64,000 bases of DNA from a plasmid: the sequence record NZ_CP103154.1; one strand, 5' to 3'. The notes beneath the pieces were generated by a model. That model was given only the letters and a program-made list of their open reading frames with translations. It searched no databases and was not told the origin of the DNA. The position numbers and the translations under genes were made by a program. This document shows, piece by piece, positions 29,584 through 39,832 of this stretch (positions within the stretch are counted from its first letter, which is position 1; every line of letters starts with the position of its first letter).

Positions 29584-29890
29584 TCTGTTCTTGTTCGGCA
29601 AGCAACTGCATACGATCCAAATCCGGACATTGCCAACGAACAAGAGGAGGCTTTCATGAAGGCTATGCGAAATGATGACTTTTCAATACCATTCTGGAAC
29701 TGAAGATGAGAGGATATCAGCCATCGGAGAACACACTGAAAAGCCTCCAGCCGGATATATCCTCCACCACCTTCATCGCTGCTGTCAAAATCTTCCAAAT
29801 GGAAGGGGTACTAAAAAGCCTTCAGGACATAAAGTCTGCGCAAAGCCCGATTACAAGCGGTAATAAACGTAACATGGAGCAAACAAATTT
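29584..29890 (+). pseudogene. orphan duplicate (~90% nt identity, with indels) of the 3' end of hipA-1 (27300-27609)
   Basis: Own alignment: ctgttcttgttcggcaagcaactgcatacgatcc...gcgcaaagcccgattacaagcggtaataaacgta. Confidence 0.75.
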
Positions 29891-29960
29891 ACTATTCAAT
29901 TTTCAGTTTTTTTCTATTTCTATACTACTGTACGCCATAAAATAACGAAGAAACTTATTC

Positions 29961-30470
29961 CTATATCAATTCATAATCAATAACATACAATTCACCAAGA
30001 ATATTAGGGAATGCTACAGTATCATATATCACCTGCCCTACTCCATTAAAATTACCCGGAGATATTACAGATGCTACAACACCATGATAAGCTGTGGGAG
30101 AAAAAGAAAGATCTGCTAATCCATTTATCCCAATAACATTTTTCTGTACACCAGCATTATTAACATTACAAAAAATTGCATAATGAATAGTTTGATGTAA
30201 ATTTACAGCAGCATTAGGAAGATGCACAAAATATAATATATCTCCATTATTACATTTAGCTAAATCATGATAGGTATTTATTTTTTGTATCATACTTTCT
30301 AAAGAAGCTCCAAAAGGATTAACTGAAATTCTTTTTCCTGTTGCCTGTTCTATAATTCCTCTAACTAAATTAGCACACCCTCCACCATTTGTAGGTAAAT
30401 TAACATTCAAATTCTGAGTATTAGTAATAAATTGTGTAATCAATTGTCTATCATTTATACTTATAGCCAT
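29961..30470 (-). CDS. hypothetical protein (169 aa) with possible Cys/His dyad (GGGCANLV ... FVHLP / IHYAIF), papain-like hydrolase guess
   Basis: ORF plus motif inspection only. Confidence 0.4.
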   Translation of the reverse strand: MAISINDRQLITQFITNTQNLNVNLPTNGGGCANLVRGIIEQATGKRISVNPFGASLESMIQKINTYHDLAKCNNGDILYFVHLPNAAVNLHQTIHYAIFCNVNNAGVQKNVIGINGLADLSFSPTAYHGVVASVISPGNFNGVGQVIYDTVAFPNILGELYVIDYELI

Positions 30471-30661
30471 ATATTATAACTCATGTTCTCCTACTCTCTC
30501 AAAGGCTTTTCGGAACCTGCCTATAAAAACTGTCTCTGTAAGCTTACCCCACAAATCTACCCTATAATCCCCAAACCGCTATCATCCCTTTTCTGAATGC
30601 CATGGAATTTTTTCCGAATACATAAGTTAGAAGATGAAAAAAGATTGTATTCAAAGTTTTT

Positions 30662-30684
30662 GGTTCTTTTTTGAAAAAAGAACC
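30662..30684. terminator. perfect palindrome ggttcttttttg/aaaaaagaacc
   Basis: Related to hairpin at 4523-4556. Confidence 0.4.
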
Positions 30685-30737
30685 GCTGGCCAAAAATCCA
30701 ACGGTTACTTTACTTTCGGAAAAATATGCAATGAAGT

Positions 30738-31175
30738 TTATAGGCCGAATGAGGAACGCAGCTTCTTCATGGCATTCTCCACATCAAAGAAAGACACATC
30801 CATAAGATCTTCTCCCCATGCTTCCGGAAAGTCAAGAATGGAACGTCCGTTATTAAGAACCGCATCACGGATGGCTTTCATCACATTCTGCCGAGTCGGT
30901 TCCAGCTTGAAGAAAAGGCAATGCCTGACTGCCATTGTAAGGGTATCATCATCTATAAAGAAACGGATGGTGACGGTCATGTGTACCTGCGTCCGTTTCT
31001 CCAGTTTCTTCTTTTTAGTTTCCAGTTTGGCCAACCGGGAAACATAGAATGAAGGGATATGTTTCCCGGATTCAACGCAAGTCTTCATCGCTTCATGTAT
31101 TTCAGCGATGCCGTCACGTATATCCGTCAAGTCGGTGCAGTTGGATGCAACCGTATAAGCCGATAACTTTTTCAT
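30738..31175 (-). CDS. hypothetical protein (start taken at MKKLSAYTV)
   Basis: ORF in co-directional small-gene cluster. Confidence 0.45.
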   Translation of the reverse strand: MKKLSAYTVASNCTDLTDIRDGIAEIHEAMKTCVESGKHIPSFYVSRLAKLETKKKKLEKRTQVHMTVTIRFFIDDDTLTMAVRHCLFFKLEPTRQNVMKAIRDAVLNNGRSILDFPEAWGEDLMDVSFFDVENAMKKLRSSFGL

Positions 31176-31218
31176 CTCAAAAGCCGTTTTTATATGGCAA
31201 AAGCCCTGTTTGTGAAAC

Positions 31219-31473
31219 TTATAATATATGAATCTCCTTATCACCTACCTTCTCGTCCGATACGACCAATACCTCGTACTTCATCCTCTTGTAATTATAG
31301 ACTACGGCAAGCGTATTAAAGCCACCGTTATCATACCGCCTGTCATAAACGGTATGTACATACTCATACATCGCATTCCCCATCATGAACTTTACGGAAA
31401 CATCCGTAAAGTAAAATGCCACCGCATAAGCCAGCGTTTTCTTTTTATCAACCTTTTTTGTTTTCATAACCAT
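31219..31473 (-). CDS. hypothetical small protein (start taken at MVMKTKKVDKK)
   Basis: ORF. Confidence 0.4.
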   Translation of the reverse strand: MVMKTKKVDKKKTLAYAVAFYFTDVSVKFMMGNAMYEYVHTVYDRRYDNGGFNTLAVVYNYKRMKYEVLVVSDEKVGDKEIHIL

Positions 31474-31480
31474 TTGTCCT

Positions 31481-31738
31481 TTATTGTTTTCTGATAAAAT
31501 ATTCAATGGCCGAATGAACCAATATATAATGTGTGGGTGTCTGCCTGCACTGTTCCGCATAAGGATTATAGAACTGGAGAGCCAGCGCATGGTATAATTC
31601 CGGCAATTCCCGCTTGATTCTCGCCGTAAGCAGCCGATAGGAGCATTTTCTACCGTACTTCATCAGCTCACGCCATTTGTCCTGTGTTATTTCCGTGCAA
31701 TTCGTCTCGTAAACCATAACTTCCGTTTTTAAGTTCAA
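31481..31738 (-). CDS. hypothetical small protein (85 aa)
   Basis: ORF. Confidence 0.4.
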   Translation of the reverse strand: MNLKTEVMVYETNCTEITQDKWRELMKYGRKCSYRLLTARIKRELPELYHALALQFYNPYAEQCRQTPTHYILVHSAIEYFIRKQ

Positions 31739-31790
31739 TATTCCGGTTGGAAAGCGGAAAGGGGTTGTTCCCTCTCCGTTTATTCTCTAA

Positions 31791-32102
31791 TCAATTCAGG
31801 CAAGCTTTTACCGTTATACCGGTTTTCAGTCCTTTATCCAGCTGCACGGTCAACCCACGAACATTCACCTCTTGAATTTGAGAAAGAAGCACATAACCCC
31901 ATTCCCATTCTTGAATATGGCAATAACCGAAAAAAAGCCAGTCACCGTCTTCCTGCTGTTCGGCTTCCGTTACCAACCATACCACCGAAGAAAAAGGAAG
32001 GAAAAACCTTGCGATGACTTCCGCATTAAGCCCCTGCCCCTCTTTTGAGTACAAAGGGTTGGCTTCAAACACATTCTTTAGTTGTTCCGTCACTGTAATC
32101 AT
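31791..32102 (-). CDS. hypothetical small protein (103 aa, FGY...EWEWG motif; possibly DUF2958-like)
   Basis: ORF; conserved non-coding element directly upstream. Confidence 0.45.
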   Translation of the reverse strand: MITVTEQLKNVFEANPLYSKEGQGLNAEVIARFFLPFSSVVWLVTEAEQQEDGDWLFFGYCHIQEWEWGYVLLSQIQEVNVRGLTVQLDKGLKTGITVKACLN

Positions 32103-32140
32103 ATGTCACATTTTTAAAGGGTTAAACTTCTAATTTTATG

Positions 32141-32261
32141 CTTCAGCTAGATTTAAAGACCTTTTTTTAAAACCCCTTTCCGGGATGACCTTTTCTTTCT
32201 GCCGACTTTTTTTTTGAGCTTTCATGCCCCATCTGAGTTTATAAGCCTTTTTTTTACGGCA
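32141..32261. repeat. conserved non-coding element, copy B (see 3676-3783); weaker homology continues ~200 bp further in both copies
   Basis: Own alignment. Confidence 0.6.
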
Positions 32262-32668
32262 CACAACAAGAAGGAAGGAGGGATTGAGAAAAGTTTTGGA
32301 CGACAAAAAATGTTGGGGACAGCGAAGCCGTCCGGCGTTATTTTTTTCGGTACAAAGGGCGAAGACCGGAACTCTTTCGTATCCATCCACCGAAATAAAT
32401 TTGCCGTTCAAAAACAAAGGCTCTCAGACGGGGCTATGAAAAAACGTACATTAGGGGAGGCAGAAAACAAGGAAAAGGGCAGTACGGAAATAAAAGAAGA
32501 ATAAAATCCAACATTATTCACATTGATATATAATAGCCAAGTATTTCGCCATATCAATATAAATCCAACTATAATCAAAATCAAACAGTTATCTAATTTA
32601 TTGGTTATTAAACATATAATACGCCAAAACATTTATTTTGGAGAATATAATATTAATTAAACAAAAAA

Positions 32669-33889
32669 ATGGCATCATTAAAAATAAAGTATCGACATTC
32701 CTCTATAGAAGGAAAAGCGGGAACATTGTTCTATCAAGTAATTCATAATCGTGTAGCAAGGCAGATAAATTCAGGATACAAGATTTATCCTGACGAGTGG
32801 GATATTTTCAATTCCCAAATAATCATACCAGCAAAGACAGGAGAAAACCGGCATCGGTATTTGGTTTCTTTAAAAAAATGTATTGAGGAAGACACCTCAC
32901 GTCTAAAAGATATTATGATAAGATTTGAGAATCTTGGATACAAATATACGGCAGACGAAATCATTGAATATTATTCCGCTCCTCCTGTGAACGAGTACTT
33001 TGTGTCATTTTGTGAGAATCTCATTGAAGAATTGAGACAAATAGGTAAAATACGCACCACAGAAACTTATACCACTACGCTCAATAGCTTCAAGCGATTC
33101 ATGAATTTCAGAAAGAAAGGCAGAGACATCCCTTTCGACAATATAGACTCCAACCTGATGATGGAATATGAACAATATCTAAAATCTAATGACATTTGTC
33201 CGAACAGTACTTCCTATTACATGAGAAACCTCAGAGCCATGTATAATCGTGCCGTAGAAAAAGAATTGGTTATACAGCGATATCCGTTTAAACATGTATA
33301 TACGGGCATAGATAAAACTGTAAAACGGGCAGTTCCGGCCAAAATTATCCGACAGATACGCGATATGGATTTAAGTCACGACTCCTCTTTGGAATATGCA
33401 AGAGACCTATTTATGTTCAGTTTTTATACCCGAGGGATGTCATTTATAGACATGGCTTATCTAAAGAAAAGTAATTTGCAAAACGGTTTTTTATCATATC
33501 GCAGAAAAAAGACCAACCAACAGCTAGTAATCAAATGGGAAAAGCCCATGCAAGAAATCATAGATAAATACGATACCATAGGTTCTTCTTATCTATTGCC
33601 GATCATTCTCGACGCAAAAACGGATGAACGGAAACAATACAAGAATGCAGCCCAGCTGGTGAATTCAAAACTAAAGAAATTGGGAAAACAAATCGGCCTT
33701 CCTATTCCGCTGACGAGTTATGTGGCACGTCACGCCTGGGCTTCTATCGCCAGAAGCAAAAACATTCCGTTGGCTACCATCAGCGAAGCTATGGGACATG
33801 ATTCAGAAAGCACTACACGGATTTATCTTGCATCGTTAGACACCTCCGTAGTGGATAAAGCGAACAGTATTATTTTAAATACACTTTAA
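32669..33889 (+). CDS. tyrosine site-specific recombinase (Bacteroides integrase family); position immediately upstream of the CPS promoter region suggests a promoter invertase
   Basis: C-terminal catalytic region ARHAWASIA...MGHDSESTTRIYLASLD (R..H..R..Y). Confidence 0.85.
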   Translation: MASLKIKYRHSSIEGKAGTLFYQVIHNRVARQINSGYKIYPDEWDIFNSQIIIPAKTGENRHRYLVSLKKCIEEDTSRLKDIMIRFENLGYKYTADEIIEYYSAPPVNEYFVSFCENLIEELRQIGKIRTTETYTTTLNSFKRFMNFRKKGRDIPFDNIDSNLMMEYEQYLKSNDICPNSTSYYMRNLRAMYNRAVEKELVIQRYPFKHVYTGIDKTVKRAVPAKIIRQIRDMDLSHDSSLEYARDLFMFSFYTRGMSFIDMAYLKKSNLQNGFLSYRRKKTNQQLVIKWEKPMQEIIDKYDTIGSSYLLPIILDAKTDERKQYKNAAQLVNSKLKKLGKQIGLPIPLTSYVARHAWASIARSKNIPLATISEAMGHDSESTTRIYLASLDTSVVDKANSIILNTL

Positions 33890-34020
33890 TTCACATTATA
33901 AAACAGTTTACGCCATAGGTTTCAGCATACGTGCCCAATCGGCCCGCTGTTATTCTATGGCAATTATTATTTTTATTTATCTGACAAAAAATAAGTTGGA
34001 ATTATGTTATACAAATTGAA

Positions 34021-34237
34021 GTTTTCTTTCTGAGAGAAAGATTTGTAAATGCAAAAGTACAAAAGATAACACAAAAAACACTAAAAATCAGAAGAAAAAT
34101 ATTAGTCATACCATAAAAAATAAGAGGTATGATTAGAAAAAACTGATTATTTGTTGAGCAAATTGATTATACCAATCTTATAAATATTTGATATACATCA
34201 AAATACCAATCACCCCATTTCTCTCAGAAAGAGAAAC
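34021..34237. promoter_or_regulatory. candidate invertible promoter segment flanked by 19-bp inverted repeats gtttt-ctttctgagagaaa (34021-34039) / tttctctcagaaagagaaac (34218-34237)
   Basis: IRs read in sequence (one indel); each IR is internally palindromic (CTTTCT gag AGAAAG); ~520 bp upstream of upxY. Confidence 0.45.
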
Positions 34238-34759
34238 ACCGAAAATAGGAGAAATTTCCTATACGAATGCCATAGGAATATAATGAACAAGTATATACCC
34301 TATACTTTCAGTTGTATGACAAGATGGATTCAGAAAGGAAAAAGCCCCGTGAAAGTACAAAATTCTTGCTTGAAAAAGATTGAATAAATGACGGTTTTCT
34401 CCATAAGAGAAATGTTTTGAATATGCAAAAATACATAAATTATTGAACATAATAGCATAAAACAAAGAAAAACCTTAATAGCCACCTCGTTAAATGTCGT
34501 GGTTACATAACAAATGTTGAGTAAACTAGATTGTATTTACAGCGAATAATCCCTGTAAATCAATTATATATGTTAAATATTTATGTCCTCTATTTCTCTT
34601 ATGGAGAAAAATAGGAATGCGGCAAGATAAAAGACGGCATGAATGGTTGATATGACAGCCAAAAAAGACATAAATTACTATAATACAGACCAATACATAA
34701 GTTGGGATGAACTATGGGTATATCTTGACCTGCCGTAATAACTAAAAAACACACGACGA

Positions 34760-35338
34760 ATGAGTACTCCCATAACCACAAGGGAAGATCTAACTAGAAT
34801 CCAATGGTTCGCCATGAGCGCTTATAAAAACGAGAAAAAGGCGGAAGAGATGCTCAAAGGCAAGGATGGTCTAGAGTATTTCATACCGAAACACTATGCC
34901 GTAAGGGTCTATCACGGAGTGAAATCCAAAAGGCTTGTACCAGTCATCCCGAATCTCGTCTTCGTGCATGCTTCCCGAAAACAGATCACGGATTTCAAAA
35001 AAAAATATAATTTCTTACAATTCATGATGTGGGAGAAAAGCACGGGACTGAAATATATCGTGGTGCCGGATAAGCAAATGGAGAGCTTTATCAAGATTGC
35101 CTCGCAGTATGAAGAAAACACTATTTATTATAAACCGGAAGAGATTGACATACGGAAAGGTACCCACATATGTATTTACGGTGGCAAGTTCAATGGAGTA
35201 AAGGGCGTATTCATGCGGGTGAAAGGAAAACGTCGCCGCCGGGTGGTTGTGATGCTTGAAGGGATTATGGGTATATCGGTAGAAGTTCATCCCGATTTGA
35301 TTGAAGTCATCAATGATTCCGATTGTGACAAATTTTGA
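34760..35338 (+). CDS. upxY: UpxY-family transcription antiterminator (NusG-like, KOW)
   Basis: IQWFAMSAYKNEKKAEEML N-terminus, KOW-like C-terminus; first gene of CPS operon. Confidence 0.85.
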   Translation: MSTPITTREDLTRIQWFAMSAYKNEKKAEEMLKGKDGLEYFIPKHYAVRVYHGVKSKRLVPVIPNLVFVHASRKQITDFKKKYNFLQFMMWEKSTGLKYIVVPDKQMESFIKIASQYEENTIYYKPEEIDIRKGTHICIYGGKFNGVKGVFMRVKGKRRRRVVVMLEGIMGISVEVHPDLIEVINDSDCDKF

Positions 35339-35412
35339 GAGATGACACAAAAAGGAGATGATGAAGTTCCCCTTCCTCGTGGCCTTACACAAATAAAATA
35401 ATATTTGAATAT

Positions 35413-36534
35413 ATGTATTTTTGGATTGTAAATTGTTCACTGGCATTTTTGCTTTGTGTTCTCTGTGCGGGTATCGTCATTCCCCAGATTCTGCTAATCG
35501 CTTTCCGTAAGAAATTGTTCGACTTTCCCGATGAGCGGAAGGTACATCATTGTGCGGTGCCCCGATTGGGTGGTATCGCATTCAAGCCGGTAGTGTTTTT
35601 CACCATAGCCCTGTTGCTAGGAATCAATATGGTGCTGGGACATTCGGAGATATTGTCCGAAATCGGGAACGACGTGTGCTCTTTGGCTTTTGCTTTCTGC
35701 TCCATCATGGTACTATATCTGGTTGGCATGGCCGATGACCTGATCGGTATCCGTTATCGTGCCAAGTTTGTCATCCAGATTCTGTGCGGCGTGATGCTTA
35801 TTGCCGGTGGGGTATATATCAACAACCTATACGGTGTTCTGGGCATCCATGCGGTGCCGTTATGGTTAGGATATCCCCTGACCATCCTGATCGTGGTCTT
35901 CATCATCAATGCCATCAACCTGATTGACGGCATTGACGGGCTGGCTTCCGGGCTATGCAGTATCGCCTGCCTATTTTATGGACTGACTTTCTTTATGCTC
36001 CATCAGTATGTTTATGCCATGCTGGCGTTTGCCACATTGGGAGTGTTGGTACCATTCTTCTATTACAATGTTTTCGGGAACGCCAAACACGGAAGGAAGA
36101 TCTTCATGGGCGACACAGGCAGTTTGACCATCGGCATGATGCTCTGTTTCCTCAGTCTCAAACTGACCATGTGCGGACTAGACGATAATACAGGAAATGT
36201 ACATCCGATGGTGCTGGCCTTCTCACCCTTGCTGGTTCCATGCTGTGACGTGGTCAGGGTTTACCTGCATCGGGTACGCAACGGAAAGAACCCGTTCCTG
36301 CCGGACAAGAACCATATCCACCATAAGCTGCTTGCTCTCGGAATAAAGCAGCGCAATACCATGATCATCATTGTTTCCGTGTCAACTATATTCATACTGC
36401 TCAATATTCTTCTGTCCCTTTATCTCAATGTGAACTGGATCGTTTTGGGTGATATATTGATATGGACTCTCGCCAACATCAGGCTGACAAAATCTATCGC
36501 ACAACTTCAATCGGAACAGAAAACCAACAAATAA
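35413..36534 (+). CDS. WecA/WbpL-like undecaprenyl-phosphate HexNAc-1-phosphate transferase (initiating enzyme)
   Basis: MraY/WecA motifs DDLIG, NAINLIDGIDGLASG, multi-TM. Confidence 0.85.
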   Translation: MYFWIVNCSLAFLLCVLCAGIVIPQILLIAFRKKLFDFPDERKVHHCAVPRLGGIAFKPVVFFTIALLLGINMVLGHSEILSEIGNDVCSLAFAFCSIMVLYLVGMADDLIGIRYRAKFVIQILCGVMLIAGGVYINNLYGVLGIHAVPLWLGYPLTILIVVFIINAINLIDGIDGLASGLCSIACLFYGLTFFMLHQYVYAMLAFATLGVLVPFFYYNVFGNAKHGRKIFMGDTGSLTIGMMLCFLSLKLTMCGLDDNTGNVHPMVLAFSPLLVPCCDVVRVYLHRVRNGKNPFLPDKNHIHHKLLALGIKQRNTMIIIVSVSTIFILLNILLSLYLNVNWIVLGDILIWTLANIRLTKSIAQLQSEQKTNK

Positions 36535-36546
36535 AAATCAATAAAT

Positions 36547-37338
36547 ATGAAAATCAGATACATTTTATCCTTATTAACCGTGGCCTTTCTATTGGGATCA
36601 TGTGCCACACCGAAAGTCGCTTATTTCACGGACCTGAAACGGGGTACCGCAGAGCAAGTCTTGAACCCGCTGGAAATCCGGATACGTCCAGAAGACAAGA
36701 TTTCCATACAGGTCAACAGCAAAGACCCCTTATTAATGAACCTTTTCAACCTTCCGATCATATCCCGACAGATTGGTACGACATCAGGTACATCCAATAG
36801 TCAGGGAATATCAGGATATACAATAAATAAGGATGGGGATATTGATTTTCCTGTGCTGGGACATATCCATGTGGCAGGAATGACACGCGCGGAGATCGCC
36901 TCGTATATAAAAGAGGAATTGGTTTCAAAGAATCTCGTGAAAGACCCCGTTGTTACAGTGGAGTTTATGAACCTGACCGTTTCAGTGTTGGGCGAGGTTG
37001 CCACCCCCGGACGTTTCAATATCGAAAAGGACAAGCTGACACTTTTGGAGGCCTTAAGCATGGCCGGGGACCTTACCGTCTATGGGAAACGGGAAAACGT
37101 GCTGGTACAACGGGAGGAAAACGGGAAAAAAACCCTGTATCAGGTCAACCTGAATTCGGGATATGACCTTTATGCCTCTCCTGTGTATTATTTGCAGCAG
37201 AACGATATCGTTTATGTGGAACCCAACTCAATGAAAGCACGGCAGGCGACCGTCAACGGCAATAACGTCCGCTCAGCCTCTTTCTGGATGTCATTGGCCT
37301 CGTTGCTGACGACCATTACCGTGTTGATTGTAAAATAA
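36547..37338 (+). CDS. wza: Wza-like polysaccharide export outer-membrane lipoprotein
   Basis: Lipobox LLGSCA; Poly_export and SLBB-like regions. Confidence 0.8.
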   Translation: MKIRYILSLLTVAFLLGSCATPKVAYFTDLKRGTAEQVLNPLEIRIRPEDKISIQVNSKDPLLMNLFNLPIISRQIGTTSGTSNSQGISGYTINKDGDIDFPVLGHIHVAGMTRAEIASYIKEELVSKNLVKDPVVTVEFMNLTVSVLGEVATPGRFNIEKDKLTLLEALSMAGDLTVYGKRENVLVQREENGKKTLYQVNLNSGYDLYASPVYYLQQNDIVYVEPNSMKARQATVNGNNVRSASFWMSLASLLTTITVLIVK

Positions 37339-37351
37339 TATAGAATCAGAT

Positions 37352-39745
37352 ATGATGACCGTAAATCAAAAGAATATAAAACCGGGGCAGCAGGATGATT
37401 TCCTGCGAATACAGGACCTGTTATACCTGTGCCTCGCAAGATGGAAGTGGTTCGTCTTGTCTTTAGCGGTAACGATCGGTGCCGCTACTGCCTATCTGTT
37501 ACGCACTCCTGCCGTATATACACGTACCGCTTCGGTATTGATCAAAGAGGATTCCAAAGGCAAGTCGGTCTCCTCGGATTTGGAATCCTTCTCGGAGTTC
37601 GGGCTGTTTCAATCCGGTACAAATGTGAATAACGAACTCATCACCTTTCGATCACCGTCTTTAATGACCGAAGTGGTTAAACGGTTGCGTCTGGATATGA
37701 ATTACTTCGTTCGGGGAAAATTCCACCGTCAGGTAGCCTATGGACTGACATTACCGGTGGATGTAACGATAAATGACTTGCCTGAGAATGAATCAGCCGG
37801 TTTTACGTTGGAAATACAGCCGGACGGTACGTTATACCTATCCGACTTTATACGTAACGGGACAGATCTTGAAGAAAAGGACGTAAAGGGAAGCTTGCTC
37901 GACTCCATCACTACGCCATTGGGAAAAATCATTATCCATACAACACCCAATTACGTGAAAGGCGAGGCATATACATTATATGTAGGCAAATCCAGTCTGT
38001 ATAACGCCGTCAACTCCTGCTCGTCCAATCTGTCCGTTTCATTGAACAGCGAGAAAGCGTCAGTCATAGACTTGTCATTCAAGGATAACTCCACACAGCG
38101 GGCAGAAGATGTATTGAGCATGTTGATTTCCGTTTATAACGAGAATTGGGTGAAGGACAAAAACCAGATCGCTGTCAGCACCTCAATGTTCATCAACGAG
38201 CGTCTGGGCGTAATCGAACGGGAACTGGGAAATGTGGACGAGGATATCTCCTCTTACAAGTCAGAACATCTGTTGCCCGACGTGCAGGCGGCATCGAGTA
38301 TGTATATGGCTCAAAGCAGTGCGGCCAACGCGCAGATCCTGTCCCTGAACAACCAGCTTTATATGACCCGTTACATCCGGAACTATTTAGCCAACGATGC
38401 CAACCGTACCCAACTGCTTCCGGCCAACTCCGGCATTGAAAGCGCCAATATTGAATCGCAGATTGCCGAATACAACAAGCAACTGTTGCAGCGCAACAGT
38501 CTGGTTGCGAACAGCAGCACGGAAAATCCGCTGGTCGTGGATATGGATCAGGCTCTGGCATCCATGCGTGGGGCGATAATCAGATCTATCGACAATCAGA
38601 TAGTGACCTTGAATTCGCAGATAAAAAGTTTGCGGCAGACGGAGCAACAGACGACATCACGTATAGCGGCCAACCCAACACAGGCCAAGTACCTGCTTTC
38701 GGTGGAGCGCCAACAGAAGGTAAAGGAAGCTCTTTACCTATTCCTGTTGCAAAAGCGTGAAGAGAACGAACTCTCACAGGCGTTCACGGCTTATAATACC
38801 CGCATTGTTACCCCGCCACACGGCAGCATGTTGCCGACATCCCCTGTGCATAAAAATATCTTTATGGTCGCATTCGCTCTGGGGCTGCTCATTCCGATAG
38901 TCATTATCTTCATGCGCGAGAATATGAATACCCGTGTACGGGGAAGGAAAGACCTGGAAAACCTGACTATACCGTTCATCGGTGAAATTCCGCTGTTCAC
39001 AAGAAAGAAAAAAGGGATATTAGGAAAGAAACCGCAGGAAGTCAAGGCCGTTATCGTCAAGGAGGGCAACCGTGACATCATCAACGAGGCATTCCGCGTA
39101 TTGCGTACCAACCTGGAATTTATGACCGGCAAGGACAAGACTTCGAATGTCATCATCATGACCTCATTCAATCCGGGCAGCGGCAAATCGTTTCTGACCA
39201 TGAACATCGCCGTGAGCCTTGCCATCAAAGGAAAAAAAGTGCTGGTAATCGACGGAGACCTGCGCCACGCCTCTGCATCATCCTATATCGACTCTCCTGA
39301 CAAGGGATTGAGCGACTATCTGGGAGGTCGTATCGATAATCTGGATGAGATCATCGTACCCGATCCGAAACATAAATCTATGGATATACTACCCGTGGGA
39401 ACGATTCCTCCTAACCCAACGGAATTATTGTTCGACGAGCGGTTAAAGCAGACAATCGATACTGTAAGGGAGCAATATGACTATGTGCTGATCGACTGTC
39501 CGCCCGTTGAACTGGTGGCCGACACGCAAATTATTGAGAAACTGGCCGACCGTACCGTTTTCGTAGTTCGTGCAGGATTACTTGAACGGAGTATGCTTGC
39601 TGAATTGGAGAAAATCTACGAGGAGAAAAAATACAAGAACATGTCCCTGATCTTGAACGGGACCGAGGGAAGTGGCGGTCGCTATGGATACCGTTATGGC
39701 TATCGATATGGTTATCACTACGGTTACGGCTCAGGATACCACTAA
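37352..39745 (+). CDS. wzc: Wzc-like chain-length determinant / BY-kinase (tyrosine autokinase)
   Basis: Two TM with periplasmic loop, Walker A SFNPGSGKS, Tyr-rich tail GRYGYRYGYRYGYHYGYGSGYH. Confidence 0.9.
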   Translation: MMTVNQKNIKPGQQDDFLRIQDLLYLCLARWKWFVLSLAVTIGAATAYLLRTPAVYTRTASVLIKEDSKGKSVSSDLESFSEFGLFQSGTNVNNELITFRSPSLMTEVVKRLRLDMNYFVRGKFHRQVAYGLTLPVDVTINDLPENESAGFTLEIQPDGTLYLSDFIRNGTDLEEKDVKGSLLDSITTPLGKIIIHTTPNYVKGEAYTLYVGKSSLYNAVNSCSSNLSVSLNSEKASVIDLSFKDNSTQRAEDVLSMLISVYNENWVKDKNQIAVSTSMFINERLGVIERELGNVDEDISSYKSEHLLPDVQAASSMYMAQSSAANAQILSLNNQLYMTRYIRNYLANDANRTQLLPANSGIESANIESQIAEYNKQLLQRNSLVANSSTENPLVVDMDQALASMRGAIIRSIDNQIVTLNSQIKSLRQTEQQTTSRIAANPTQAKYLLSVERQQKVKEALYLFLLQKREENELSQAFTAYNTRIVTPPHGSMLPTSPVHKNIFMVAFALGLLIPIVIIFMRENMNTRVRGRKDLENLTIPFIGEIPLFTRKKKGILGKKPQEVKAVIVKEGNRDIINEAFRVLRTNLEFMTGKDKTSNVIIMTSFNPGSGKSFLTMNIAVSLAIKGKKVLVIDGDLRHASASSYIDSPDKGLSDYLGGRIDNLDEIIVPDPKHKSMDILPVGTIPPNPTELLFDERLKQTIDTVREQYDYVLIDCPPVELVADTQIIEKLADRTVFVVRAGLLERSMLAELEKIYEEKKYKNMSLILNGTEGSGGRYGYRYGYRYGYHYGYGSGYH

Positions 39746-39832
39746 GGTTCCGACGGAAAACAGGGTGGGGATAAATGGATGATTATTAATTAAAAAAAAT
39801 AAAATGTTTTATATAAAAATACTCGTATCATT

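Noticed and set aside
30634-31047. 137-aa + strand ORF
   Set aside because: Overlaps and opposes the co-directional minus-strand small-gene cluster; low-complexity translation.
35338-35413. Expected upxZ gene after upxY
   Set aside because: Only 75 bp separate upxY from the WecA-like gene, so no UpxZ homologue is present here.
38146-39228. Multiple ORFs in other frames inside wzc
   Set aside because: Shadow ORFs of the 797-aa BY-kinase gene.
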